Assembly: GCF_009914755.1 (NCBI RefSeq)
Contig: NC_060928.1
Origin: the human T2T-CHM13v2.0 reference genome, Homo sapiens
DNA: 64,000 bases
Direction: 5' to 3' (one strand)
Under the pieces are notes generated by a model. That model did not search any database. It saw nothing but the letters and a program-made list of their open reading frames with translations, and was not told the origin of the DNA. The first letter of the stretch is position 1, and each line of letters opens with the position of its first letter. The translations under genes were made by a program, and so were the position numbers. Below are positions 53,191 through 64,000 of this stretch, in pieces.

Positions 53191-53382
53191 TTTGTACATT
53201 ATTTCCCTTCTTCTATATATGGGTTAGAAGATCATATGATACCATCTTTGAGGGAGGGAGGGGAAAAGAGGTTACTCACTTGACAATAGGAGCAATCTTA
53301 TCCCCTACTAAGAGAGATCCTGAAGTACCCTACCCACTCTGAACTGTTCTGTGTTGACTGGGGGTGCTGAAATCTACACTTA

Positions 53383-53567
53383 TCATTTCCAGATACAAGA
53401 TACCCAGTTAGATTTGAATTTTGGATAAGCAACAAATAATTTTTAAGTACAAGTGCATCCCAAATATTGCACAGGACATACTTATGCTAAGAATTATTCA
53501 TTGTTTGTCTGAAATTCAAGTTTAACTGGGTGTCCTGTATTTTTATTTACTAAATCTGGCAAATCTA
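53383..53567. mobile_element. MER53 palindromic MITE
   Basis: CCCAGTTAGATTTGAATTT..GATAA.CAA pairs with TTGTTTGTCTGAAATTCAAGTTTAACTGGG; end AATCTGGCAA. Confidence 0.85.
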
Positions 53568-54467
53568 CCCCCACTCACTGTCCTGCTGGAGCCCCAAAGT
53601 ATGTAATTATGAACTGAGTAACACAGGCCTGTATGGCTGAGTGGGAGGACCCATCTCCTGGATGAAGCAAATGCTGTGGGAAAGGGGTGGAACCTCCCAA
53701 GGCTTGGTTAGATGATATCCAGCAGTGGTTAGAACCTGGAGTTGTTCTTTCAAGAGGTGACTAGAGGCAGAGGACAATGAAGTAAGGTCAGAAACCACGT
53801 TATCCTGTGAAATGTTGCTTTCTTGAACCGGAATAGAGTCCATATTTATGTCACGTTCTAGCTTTTTTCTCCTATCATGCCGTTTTCTCTAGCTTGCCTG
53901 TAACACAGTCCTAAGGTCTTATGTTGGTAGAGCGTGGAGAAGAAAGAACAGGGCAGTGAAGGAAAATGGTCCTGCCTCATACCCAACATGGTGCTTCTGT
54001 GGAGGGAGGGGTTTTCTCCCTAGGGGACTAGGTTTAGAGGTCCCAGGCACACAGGTTCAGGTCGTGACTGGAGGCAGTGGGGCAGAGAACGTGATGCACA
54101 AGGAATTCACTGGAGCATCTGCTTGGTGAACTCCATGTGAGGGACATAAGATAAACCATTCTCTCTCTTAATTACCATAAAAGAATACGGCATGTGGCTG
54201 TGGCTTAGATTATCTATGCCTTTGAAATCTGTACTGTGTAAATCAAAGGGATCTTATCAAGGCCACTTTCATTGTGGTAACATCCAATCCTGGCATTATA
54301 AGCTCTCAGAACAGGATCACGCCAAATCTCTTCTATGAACACACCACCTGCCCTGTTTTGTTCAATCCATCTCTCTTGATCCTTTGTGCGATGTTCTTCC
54401 TGTAGCTGGGGTAGGCTTAGCTTGGTGCTCCATTCTCTTGGCTTTCTCTCATGAATAAGGCAGATTT

Positions 54468-54908
54468 TTAAAAAAATTTTGTTTTTAATTTTTGTGGGCA
54501 TGTAATAGGTGTATATATTTATAGGGTATAAACAAGCACATAATGTATAATAATCACATCAGGGTACATGGGGTATCCATTACCTCAAGCATTTATCCTT
54601 TGTGTTACAAATAATCCAATTATATTCTTTTAATTATTTTAAAATGTACAACTAAATTATTATTGACTACAGTCACACTGTGGTTCTAGAAAATACTAAG
54701 TCTTATTCATTCTTCTATTTTTTGTCCCCATTAACCATGCCCACTTCCTCTCTCCCTCCACACTACCCTTTCCAGACTCTAGTAACCATCCTAGTTACTC
54801 TAGTAACTCTCTGTCTCCATGAGTTCAACTGTTTTCATTTTTAGCTCCCACACATGAGTGACAACGTGAGAAGTTTGTCTTTCTGTGCCCTTCATGGTAA
54901 TCTGACTT
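54468..54908 (-). mobile_element. L1MA-like 3' fragment
   Basis: GGGGTATCCATTACCTCAAGCATTTATC...; perfect TSD TGAATAAGGCAGATTT at 54452-67 and 54909-24. Confidence 0.85.
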
Positions 54909-54999
54909 TGAATAAGGCAGATTTGAATGGGCCTGATGTTTATCTCAAGTGGAATTTTGCTTTGTCTCTGGCATATAATAATAAACTTAATAAATCCTT

Positions 55000-55081
55000 C
55001 TCCCTGTCTCTCTCTCTCACTCACTCTCTCTCTCTCTCCCTGTTTCTCTGTGTGTGTGTGTGTGTGCGTGTGTGTGTGTGT
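55000..55081. repeat. (CT)n(GT)n microsatellite
   Basis: Directly visible. Confidence 0.95.
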
Positions 55082-56214
55082 TTTATGTGTAAGTAGATGA
55101 ATGATAGAATCAAGGGTAGAGTTCATGGCATATCTCAAACCAAACCACAGGACATTTACTTTCGAGATGCTAATAGCCTCCATTAGGCATAAGTACATCC
55201 AAAAATCATGGGAACATTCTTACGAATTTAGTCCACCAGTATTTCTCCCCCGAGTACTGTCATGATGGCAAACACTAACTCCTTGTTTTAAAGGTCAGAC
55301 ATTCTGAATTGCCCTTCACAATCATGAAATAGGACATAAACGTTAGGCATTTGAAAAATTATTCTGTTTTAGAGAAAAACAACCAGATTGTGCACCTTTG
55401 CCCTTCGTCGGTGCATTTTCAAGTGGAATATTAAGCTGCCCACTGGACTGCATCCTAAGCACACCCACTTAGATTATAAACATTCAGAAAATTGCAGGCT
55501 TTTACCATCTAATTGGCAGTGCTTTTCTGAATAAAACTATATCAGGCCACATGCCACGTTCACTCCAGTTGGCAAGGAATCAAAAGGCAGAAACACTCCC
55601 AGCAGTGACCACAGCTCTGCTCCATTAGGTGGAGAAATGGGATTTCCTGATGACCTTTTGTTTCCCTAAGCATCTCAGTTGCAGTCGGGCTGATTTCATA
55701 CACCAGGTTATTCATCAGAATGGAAAGATTTCATTCTTTGATGTGTTCCTGAAGTGTAGCCAGCATCATCTGATGCCAAGAAGAGAAATTACCAAGTTGG
55801 AATTGTGCACTCAGCAGGAACAAGCCTCACTGAGTGTGGGTCTCCTGTCACAGCCAATACTTTCTCCAGGTCCTTTGTTCTCGCAAATCCTACAGCTTAG
55901 GTTCAGGCATTTTTTTCCCTCCCAATCGTCACTCAGTAAAAATATATCATGTGTCAACTGACAAGCAGATATGGGGAGATGATCATGATAAACTGTTAAA
56001 TGAGAAAAGCAGGTTATAAACATTATGCAGTGCATGATGCCAAATTTGCAAAACAAACACATCAATATACACAGAAGAAAAGCTGTTACTAGAGATTATC
56101 TCTGTGTGGTGATATTTATTAGGTTTTTGTTTGCTCCTTTTCTCTTATTGGTATTGTCTACATATATTTGTTTCTTTATAACAAGTAAAATAAATTAATT
56201 AGCAAAAGTGGAAA

Positions 56215-56540
56215 AATCTGCTATCCTTGTAGCCAGTTTCAAATCTTACCTTTTCCCAGAATCTTTCAAGATATTCCTAACTGGAAGAAATAATGCCCTT
56301 GTCTAAACGTAGAGAGAAAACATGTAGGATGCATGGAATTGCATCTATGCCTCTGTAACAATACTTGCTACTTTCTCCCTTGAAGTACAGTGTGTAAGTA
56401 TTGTCTCCCATAGTAGACTGTAAGTACTTGGATAACAGGAACTATGCCGGAGACTTTTTCTACCTCTTACAACATCTAATGTCCAACTCCACACTATGCC
56501 TGTTGTAGGCAACCATTAAATATATTTTGACTGAATGATT
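56215..56540 (+). mobile_element. L2 3' fragment
   Basis: GTCTCCCATAGTAGACTGTAAG...TAAATATATTTTGACTGAATGA. Confidence 0.6.
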
Positions 56541-57354
56541 ACACATATTTTGGAGCACAATCTGTGTTTCTGAAAGATTCCATCAACATCTATTCTCTCA
56601 AAATTAAAAATGCAATTTTTTAACAAAATAACTTTGAGATTCAAAAACATTACATAGGTATTTTGCTGTGGCTAATTTATGCAAAAATAACAAAATCCAC
56701 GTTACTAAATATAAGATGCATTGGTATTACCTCTGAGACTCCAGAAAATAGTCACTTCGAGAATTATAGGTTTTTTAAGGTTTATTTCTGGATTTCACAA
56801 ACCACAGATACTGCTTTTCATTTCCCAAAACTCTTAATAGTTCCTGAAGTGCTAAGAAATATGTCAAAAATTCCAAAGATAAGCCGAGAAAGGATGGAGT
56901 GAAATTTACTGTGTAATTATTTTTTATAAAGGAATCATGATCGGTGACTTATTTAGTGTGTTGGCTTCAACCTAGCAGAATCCCTAGAAGACAATCACAG
57001 ATTTATCTAACATGTGCATGGTAAGACATAGAAACAGGCCAAGGCATTTATGTGCAGGCTTAGCAGAGGGGAAAGATAGGCTATGATCTGTGTTTTCCCA
57101 TAATGAGGCAAAGACTCTCTTGCTCAGATTTCGGACTGCTCTCCTCAACATGCACATGAATCCTCATTAAATTTGCATTTCAATTAGCTCCTGAGAGCTG
57201 CAGAACGTGTTTCAAATATTCCTTCACCACATCACTCTCAATCCAGCCTACCTACCTCTTTGACTCCCAGCTCCAGCAAAGGTGGATGTAACTTTCTCAA
57301 CTCAAGTATTGTATTGAAATATCAGACGGCAAGTTCTGATTCTTTTATAATTTG

Positions 57355-58000
57355 TATTTATTCACAAACTCAACAAACACACATGGAATACCTATGTGCC
57401 AGGCTAGTTGTTATGGATAGAGCAGTGAACAAGGCATTATACCTGCCCTTAGACAGCTTCCAGGTCAGCAAGGGAAAGCAGATATCCAAGTAAATACCCA
57501 AATAGATATTCATCACCATTGTCATAAGCCCTATGAAAGAAAAGGATGCTAAGGAATTACAGTGAACAATTAACATTTCTGAACCAATCTGAGGAGTCAG
57601 GGCAGGCATCTCTGAGGAAGCCAAGCCCTTCTGGGTGAATTCAGAATATCCTATGTGGAAAACACAGCACATGTGAGGGCTCTAAAGCCAAGAGGGTGGA
57701 GCATTCTAGGAACTGAGAAGGGCTGGTGAAGTCATCTGAAGCCTTGCAGGTCACATAAGAGGGCAGGAATTTATCTACAGAGCATTAGAAAGTCCTGAAA
57801 GGCTATGTAGCAAGACAGAGTAATGCCTCCAGATTTGCAGCTTTTAACCAGGAAACGAGGGGCTAGAAGGCCACTATGTGGGAGACTGTTTCAGTTGTTT
57901 GCAGTCATCCAGGTGAGAGGCTGTAGGGCTGCAAGCAGCTTGTAGTGTAGTGGAATTAAAGATGGAGGGAGGTGAAGGATTCAAGATATGTTTTAGAAAA
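57355..58000 (-). mobile_element. L2 fragment
   Basis: CAACAAACAC.TGGAATACCTATGTGCCAGGC...GCAGTCATCCAGGTGAGAG. Confidence 0.7.
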
Positions 58001-58219
58001 TGTTGGCAAAAACCAAAGTCAGAATTTATGTCACCATCTGTAAGATGTGAAGTTAATGCTGGGCAAAATAAAATATTTCAACCATATTTTTGTTCATTTT
58101 AATTTCATGAGTTTATGAGACTATAGACTTCCCTGAATATAAGTATATATTCCATAGCTAGTCTTCAAAACCCTCTAGGAGGACACTATAGATAACCACT
58201 ACTAGAAGTCATGTTTTTA

Positions 58220-58640
58220 AGTTAAGTCAGTGGTGTTGAGCCCCAATTATGTGGAATGCCCTCTGTGATATTAAAAAAAATATGTGATCATTGTCCTCAA
58301 GGGGCTCTGACAGTAAATGGGATCTCTTTGAGACAGAAGCCATAAATGCCAGGAACTGAATCTGGATATCATGCCATAATTCCCAAATGGAATTAGAAAG
58401 AGGAACTAGAAAAAGGAGGCCCAAACAAGCAGTTGAAAAGATGAGAAGAGAACCAGGTATTACCACCCAAACTGGGAGGACAGAGCTTGAAGATGCAGAG
58501 ATGGCTACCAGAGCCTTAGGCTGAGCTGGCAAGGAAAAAAGTGAACAAAGCCATTAGGAAGAATTTGGTGACTTAAGACAGATTCATGACAAGAGAACAG
58601 AGAAGACAGAAGCCAGTGCAGTAAGCCCAGAGAGAGGAGA
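58220..58640 (-). mobile_element. L2 fragment
   Basis: TGAGCCCCAATTATGTG...ATTGTCCTCAAGGGGCT. Confidence 0.5.
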
Positions 58641-61600
58641 AGATGAGGAAATGAACACAATTGTGGACTAATCTTTGATTGATTCATTCATTTACATTTG
58701 CCTTGTTCCAGAAAGATTTAAGGAGGCTTCCAGGGATTCAAATATACGGAGGAAAATGTAAATTAGAAGAGGAATAAGAGGAGAAAGAAAAACAAATGTG
58801 GTGTTCTAAAATGAAGCCAAGATTAGGAATTAGGTCAAAGAAAATGAACTCAACAGCTGCAAAGGGCTACACAACCCCTTTATCTAGCCCTTACTCTCTT
58901 TACTCTATTGTTATCTTGGTTTCTTTCCATTTTAAAATTCAGATTGTGCTCCAAACTGCATCAATTAGTCCACACTTCATGTGTTTCTGCTATTTGAAAG
59001 GCATCCTTAGTTATAAGATGGACAGAATTAGCATTTAGTCTTCATGTAAACTCATCATCATTCCTTAAAAGGCAAACAAAGCTTATGCCCCTCAAACACA
59101 GGTCACTACCACCTCCTGTGAAAATAAAGGGTGGCACATTTTGGGGGTAATATGCAGTTCTTCAGTAACCAGAATAGGATGGGAAGTGGAGTTGTTCTAT
59201 GTCTAAGTAACAATCTGAACTTAGACCAAAGAAAGAAAGCCATGGAGAAGGAAGAGCCACAGCAGCACAACATGGCAATCCTTGCCATGTGGTTCCTGCA
59301 TGCTGCCCCAACAGACTGCAAAATCTCTTAAAAGCTCAACTGTGTTCCCTTCCTGATGCCTGGTTTGTGGAAGGTTTGCAAAACAAATATATATTGAACA
59401 GTAGAAAGAAAAGTGTGCCTTTTGGCTCCAATGAGCCTTTAAATAGTTGTGAATGTTGAAATGAAACATGTAGCTTCTCCAGGATTCAGTTTTCTTGTCT
59501 GTGAAAATAGGGTGTATGTAACAGAAATTGCTAATTGTCAGGCAATATTCATGCTCATCTTGTAATGGATGAGATGAATGTTATTCTAAGGTTAATATGC
59601 CTCTCCTCCTAGCTGCTCTCCTGGGATTTTGTGGTCTGACTCATCAGAGAATTCTGCCTTAAACTCAAAAAGAGCCTCAGGTTCACACTGAATCCTACAG
59701 TTAGGAAGGGGTGACAGCTCACCAATACTGAAGGTCAGGTGTGCAACAACAGATTAACCACATATGAGTAACTAAGAGCTGTCCTGGCACAGGCAACCTA
59801 AGTTTGTAACCCTTGCTTTAAGCAACTTGCTAACCAGAGCTACTTGGAGAAGAAATAGCTGGTATGGTCAGCTTGTAGTGCTCAGGACATAAAAGGGACT
59901 TCATAGCTTTACGAAGAGATGTTGAGGAGTAAATTAAAGAATATTGTCATTAATTATTATATCAATTCTTTAAAAACTGTCCTTTGATATTTTGTTCTTT
60001 GAAAATGTCCTTTGAAAAATATTATGATACAGAGTGTACCCTTAACAAATGATAAGAAAAAAATATTGTTATTTTGAAAAAAAGGGAAGGACTTTATAAT
60101 AATAACATCGAAGAATCTTGATTTCAATAAATAAAAAGATTGTCCACTATTATAGTGGAATATTTCTTTCACCCAAGGAATATAAATATTTTTTCTCCCA
60201 GACCCACCACACAAAAGGATCTACAAAGTATCCTTTCAAAAACATATTGCCCTAATGTTTATAAAATACAATTCAATGTACAGAAGTTAAAATTGAAATA
60301 CATACTACCTATCACAATGTCCAAAAATGAATGAATAACTCAAAGTACTTTTCTAACTAACATGAGTAAGCTATTTACATGATTTATGAAAAACTACATA
60401 CCATGTGAAAGAACTTGACCTTATATGGCTAGCTATTTGGTGTGAAAACCACCACCACCAACAGCGTTTTCAGAACCAACCCTCACTGCAGATTATTACA
60501 TGCCCTGTGTGAATCTCAAATTTCTCCTGCAAAAGCAAGAGAGTTTTCACAGTTCTGAAGGGGGATATCTCTCTAGTTACCTACTCCAATAGATAGCATT
60601 AAATACGTACACACCTTCCTCAAGATTAGGGAATGACCAAAACCAACTTAACTGGAATGAATTCCCTGTTAGGTGGAGGCTCAGCCAGCCATTTAGGAGC
60701 CAGGTGAATGATACTGGGCATCTGTTAAATGAAATCAGGGTCAGGTGTTTGTATACTTACCTGTATTATCAATGCTTATTCAAGATGTTGTGAACTCTCA
60801 GCAAAATCATTCCATTCTTAGGAGGGTGCAGCTTTGAAAGCATGTAAACACACACCTTGGTCTTTTCCAGTCTTTCCTATTCACCCTGAGTTAGCACTAG
60901 CTTTTGGCTTCTGCTCTGTGTAAAATTTGGCTCTCAAGCCAGAGATGAAGTCATGCTACTGGCTTTATAAGCTATTGCAGCTGCACAATGTCCCTAGAGA
61001 CCCTCGTTCCCTTTCAGAGTGAGAACATGTGCCTGCGGAGCTGTGAGCTACACTAGTCAGTTCTTAAGGTGCTAGAGAATGGCCTTCTTTCCCAGTGGCA
61101 ACCTTCATTCTTCACAAAGGTTGGTCTCCAGGCTTCCATGCCAGCAGGGTGCTCCAAAACCACCCCAGGGTTTTTCTTAAGGCCCCACTCTGTTTGGTTT
61201 TGGAGGCAAGGTTAGCACTTGTTCCATCTGTATCCTGTTAATTGCTCTAAAGCTGGAGCCTCATGGGGCTAGGTTCCCAATGAATGAGACATGCACATAA
61301 GTGCTCACATAGAAAATGAGTTTGGGATTCCTCCTGGTCCTTTCTGTACCCTCAGTTGGAAGGCAAAATAAATCTATTTTTCTCCTGTCTTTGAAATTAG
61401 TCAATTAATTACTATAAAGCAGTGAACAAAGTGGTCCTCTGGAGGAATTCATGTAGCAAAAGAAGATGAAAGGACTGGGATGAGATAAGGACAATGGAAG
61501 AGGATGACAAGAGTCATCTTCATAATAGGACAAAATGTTATAAAGCTTTGACAGAGAGCTATTTCCTTAAGTAGCTATTAGTGTCACACAACTATTAATA

Positions 61601-61781
61601 TGGAATTAAGAATATACAGCTGTAAACATGTGACATTATAATATACTAATGTAATTTAAATTAAAACAAAAATGGAATTTTAAATATATTAATAGAATAT
61701 TGGTTTTAAACATGTCTACTTATACACTTGTTATATTGTTCTATATATTTTAAAAGACTGTACACTTAGAGGAATCCTTAG

Positions 61782-62123
<342 letters not shown>

Positions 62124-62468
62124 TCTCCCACTTTCTTAGGGTCTAATTTTATGAGGTAAATCTCTTTCAGAGATAACCCTCCTAGGAAAATGAAAGAAGG
62201 AGGAAAGAGATCAAGAAGCAGTGGGTCTAAGAGGAACTGAAAAGTAAAGTTAACTCGCCATTGCCTTCCTCTTCTCTCAGGTATGGGGTACAGAGATCAT
62301 GGAAGAAGGAGCCAAATGTGACTTATCTGAGAGCTTGTATGACTATTCCTTCTCACCCTTTAAATGATTAGTAGGCTATAAAGGAGTGTGCATTTTGGAG
62401 TAGGCTTTTTTTTTTTTTTTTTTCATTAAAAAAGAGCACAGAGAAGGAAGGATAAGGCTTAATGGGTG

Positions 62469-62963
62469 TGTTACCGAAACACCAGGAGTTTGGTCTAGGT
62501 CCTACTGCTGGCTTCACAGAAAGACAATCACTGAGGCAATGAGTATTGCAAAGGAAGAAATCTTTAATCAGGTCCTGTAGCCAAGGAGATGAAAGATCAG
62601 TCTCAAATCCATCTCCCTGCCTGACTAAAATTGCGGGTTTAAATAGCAGGGAAGAAATGTAACCATGTGTGGGAAGACAGGAATAAGGGCAGGGTAAGGA
62701 AGAGGAGTTGGTCAATAGGAAGCAGATGGTCAGTTAGGCAATCATGACGGGTGAGGGATCTGATGTCTCATTGTCCAAATGCAGTGATCTAATGAGTTTC
62801 AGCTCCTTGATACTATCTAGGAGTCCTGATGGTTGGTTTTCTGAGAAAGGAACTCAGATAAGAAAAATTAAGCTTTCTTAAGTTTTAAGACTGGGAGGAT
62901 CAATTTCTATGTTTATTCAAAGGAATCATAACCATCAGTTCTATGGGACATGAGTTGGTTTCA
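62469..62963 (-). mobile_element. ERV1 solo LTR (LOR1-like)
   Basis: Minus strand start TGAAACC...TGTCCCATAGAACTGATG...GAATAAACATAGAAATTGA.CCTCCCAGTCTTAAAAC. Confidence 0.8.
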
Positions 62964-63039
62964 GATTTATTATCAAAGAAAGGGCAGATAGGCAGGAAGG
63001 TGGTTTGGTTGGACACATTTGGGCTTTGGGTGGAACTGG

Positions 63040-63452
63040 TCTTAGGATGTTTCCAGAAGAGATTAGCATTTGAGTCAGTAGGTTTGAGTAAAGAAGATCT
63101 GCCCTCACCAAGGTAGGTGAGCATCAACCAATCTACTGAGGACCTGATAGAGCTAAAGGCAGAGGAAGGGCACATTCTCTCTGTCTCTCTCCCCTTGAGG
63201 GGCCTCTTCCATCTTTTTCTGCCCTCAGACATCAGAACTCCAGGTCTTGGGCCTTTGGCACTGGGACTTACAGCAGCAGGCACCCCAGTTCTCAGACCTC
63301 CTTATACCATCAGGTCCCCTGGTTCTCAGGCCTCTGGTCTCAGACTTAATTGTACCTCTAGCTTCCCTGGTTTTCCAGCTTGCAGATTGTGGGACTTCTC
63401 AGCCTTTGTAGTTGCATGAGCCAATTTCCATAATAAATTTCCTCTTATATCT
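63040..63452 (+). mobile_element. ERVL LTR (MLT2-type)
   Basis: GTTTCCAGAAGAGATTAGCATTTGAG...CTGCCCTCACCA...GTGGGACTTCTCAGCC...GAGCCAATT. Confidence 0.85.
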
Positions 63453-63454
63453 AT

Positions 63455-64000
63455 AGTCAGCTGAAGAATGACAAGGTTCATAAATAAAAGGACAGCTTTA
63501 TTTTTCACAAAGGATGGCAGCCTGCAGGGTGGTCGTTCTGACAGGCTGGGAAGTATATGCTCCAGCTAGGAGCCAAAAACGGTACTCCGAGGTTGAGAAT
63601 AAGACAGAGATTAATTCTGAGCAGGTTGACAAAAATATGCATATTCAATAAGCTACAGGAAGAGTCACGAATATTTGTGAAAGGAGACATACATGCATGC
63701 ATAACTGAGCTTCCTGATCCTTCATGGGTCCCATGTTCAAACAATGGTGGCATTAGCATGATCCCAGCGTGGAGTTTTCAGCTGTCTGATGTCAAAAGGT
63801 GAAGCAGAGGACATGAAAACCCCCACTGCACATCCTCTGTAGACTGACTAGAAAGTCTCGGTGGTTGTTGGTTTCTTACCAGGAAGAAATGCTGGTCAGC
63901 TGTGTCCAAACCACAGAAGAGAGGAGAAGTGGCAGGAGGTTGGTTGATATCAGTGGTGAAGTCTTTTGAAAGGACCGATTTCTGTTTAGCCTTTGGAGAA
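63455..64000 (-). mobile_element. ERV1 LTR (LTR48/LTR29-like), cut by the window edge
   Basis: GTCAGCTGAAGAATGACAAGGTTCATAAAT...GCAGCCTGCAGGGTGG..TTCTGACAGGCTGGGAAG. Confidence 0.7.

Noticed and set aside
58680-58860. Possible ancient LINE/SINE 3' end (TTGTTCCAGAAAGATTTAAGGAGGCT)
   Set aside because: Too diverged to assign by eye

Overview
Primate (human/ape-like) repeat-rich genomic DNA, intergenic or intronic. I found no supportable host protein-coding exon, RNA gene or CpG island. The long ORFs are LINE-1 remnants or artefacts of a GT-rich repeat. The window is dominated by an ~18.4 kb LINE-1 cluster (17169-35613) of four nested elements, plus Alus, MIR/L2 fragments, ERV/MaLR LTRs and hAT MITEs. 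I did not find a new gene system; the notable signals are retrotransposition and recombination fossils. (1) A TSD-bounded Alu insertion whose 5' end and ~260 nt of foreign flank are inverted (twin priming plus 5' transduction). (2) A spliced L1 (SpIRE 97/622-type junction) hosting an unspliced full-length L1 that still shows the matching GT..AG intron. (3) Many non-consensus variants shared by these two L1s of different age, suggesting patchy gene conversion. (4) A 1.16 kb strand-asymmetric GT repeat flanked by inverted Alus. Subfamily names come from recalled consensus features, not a RepeatMasker run, and boundaries of old repeats are approximate.
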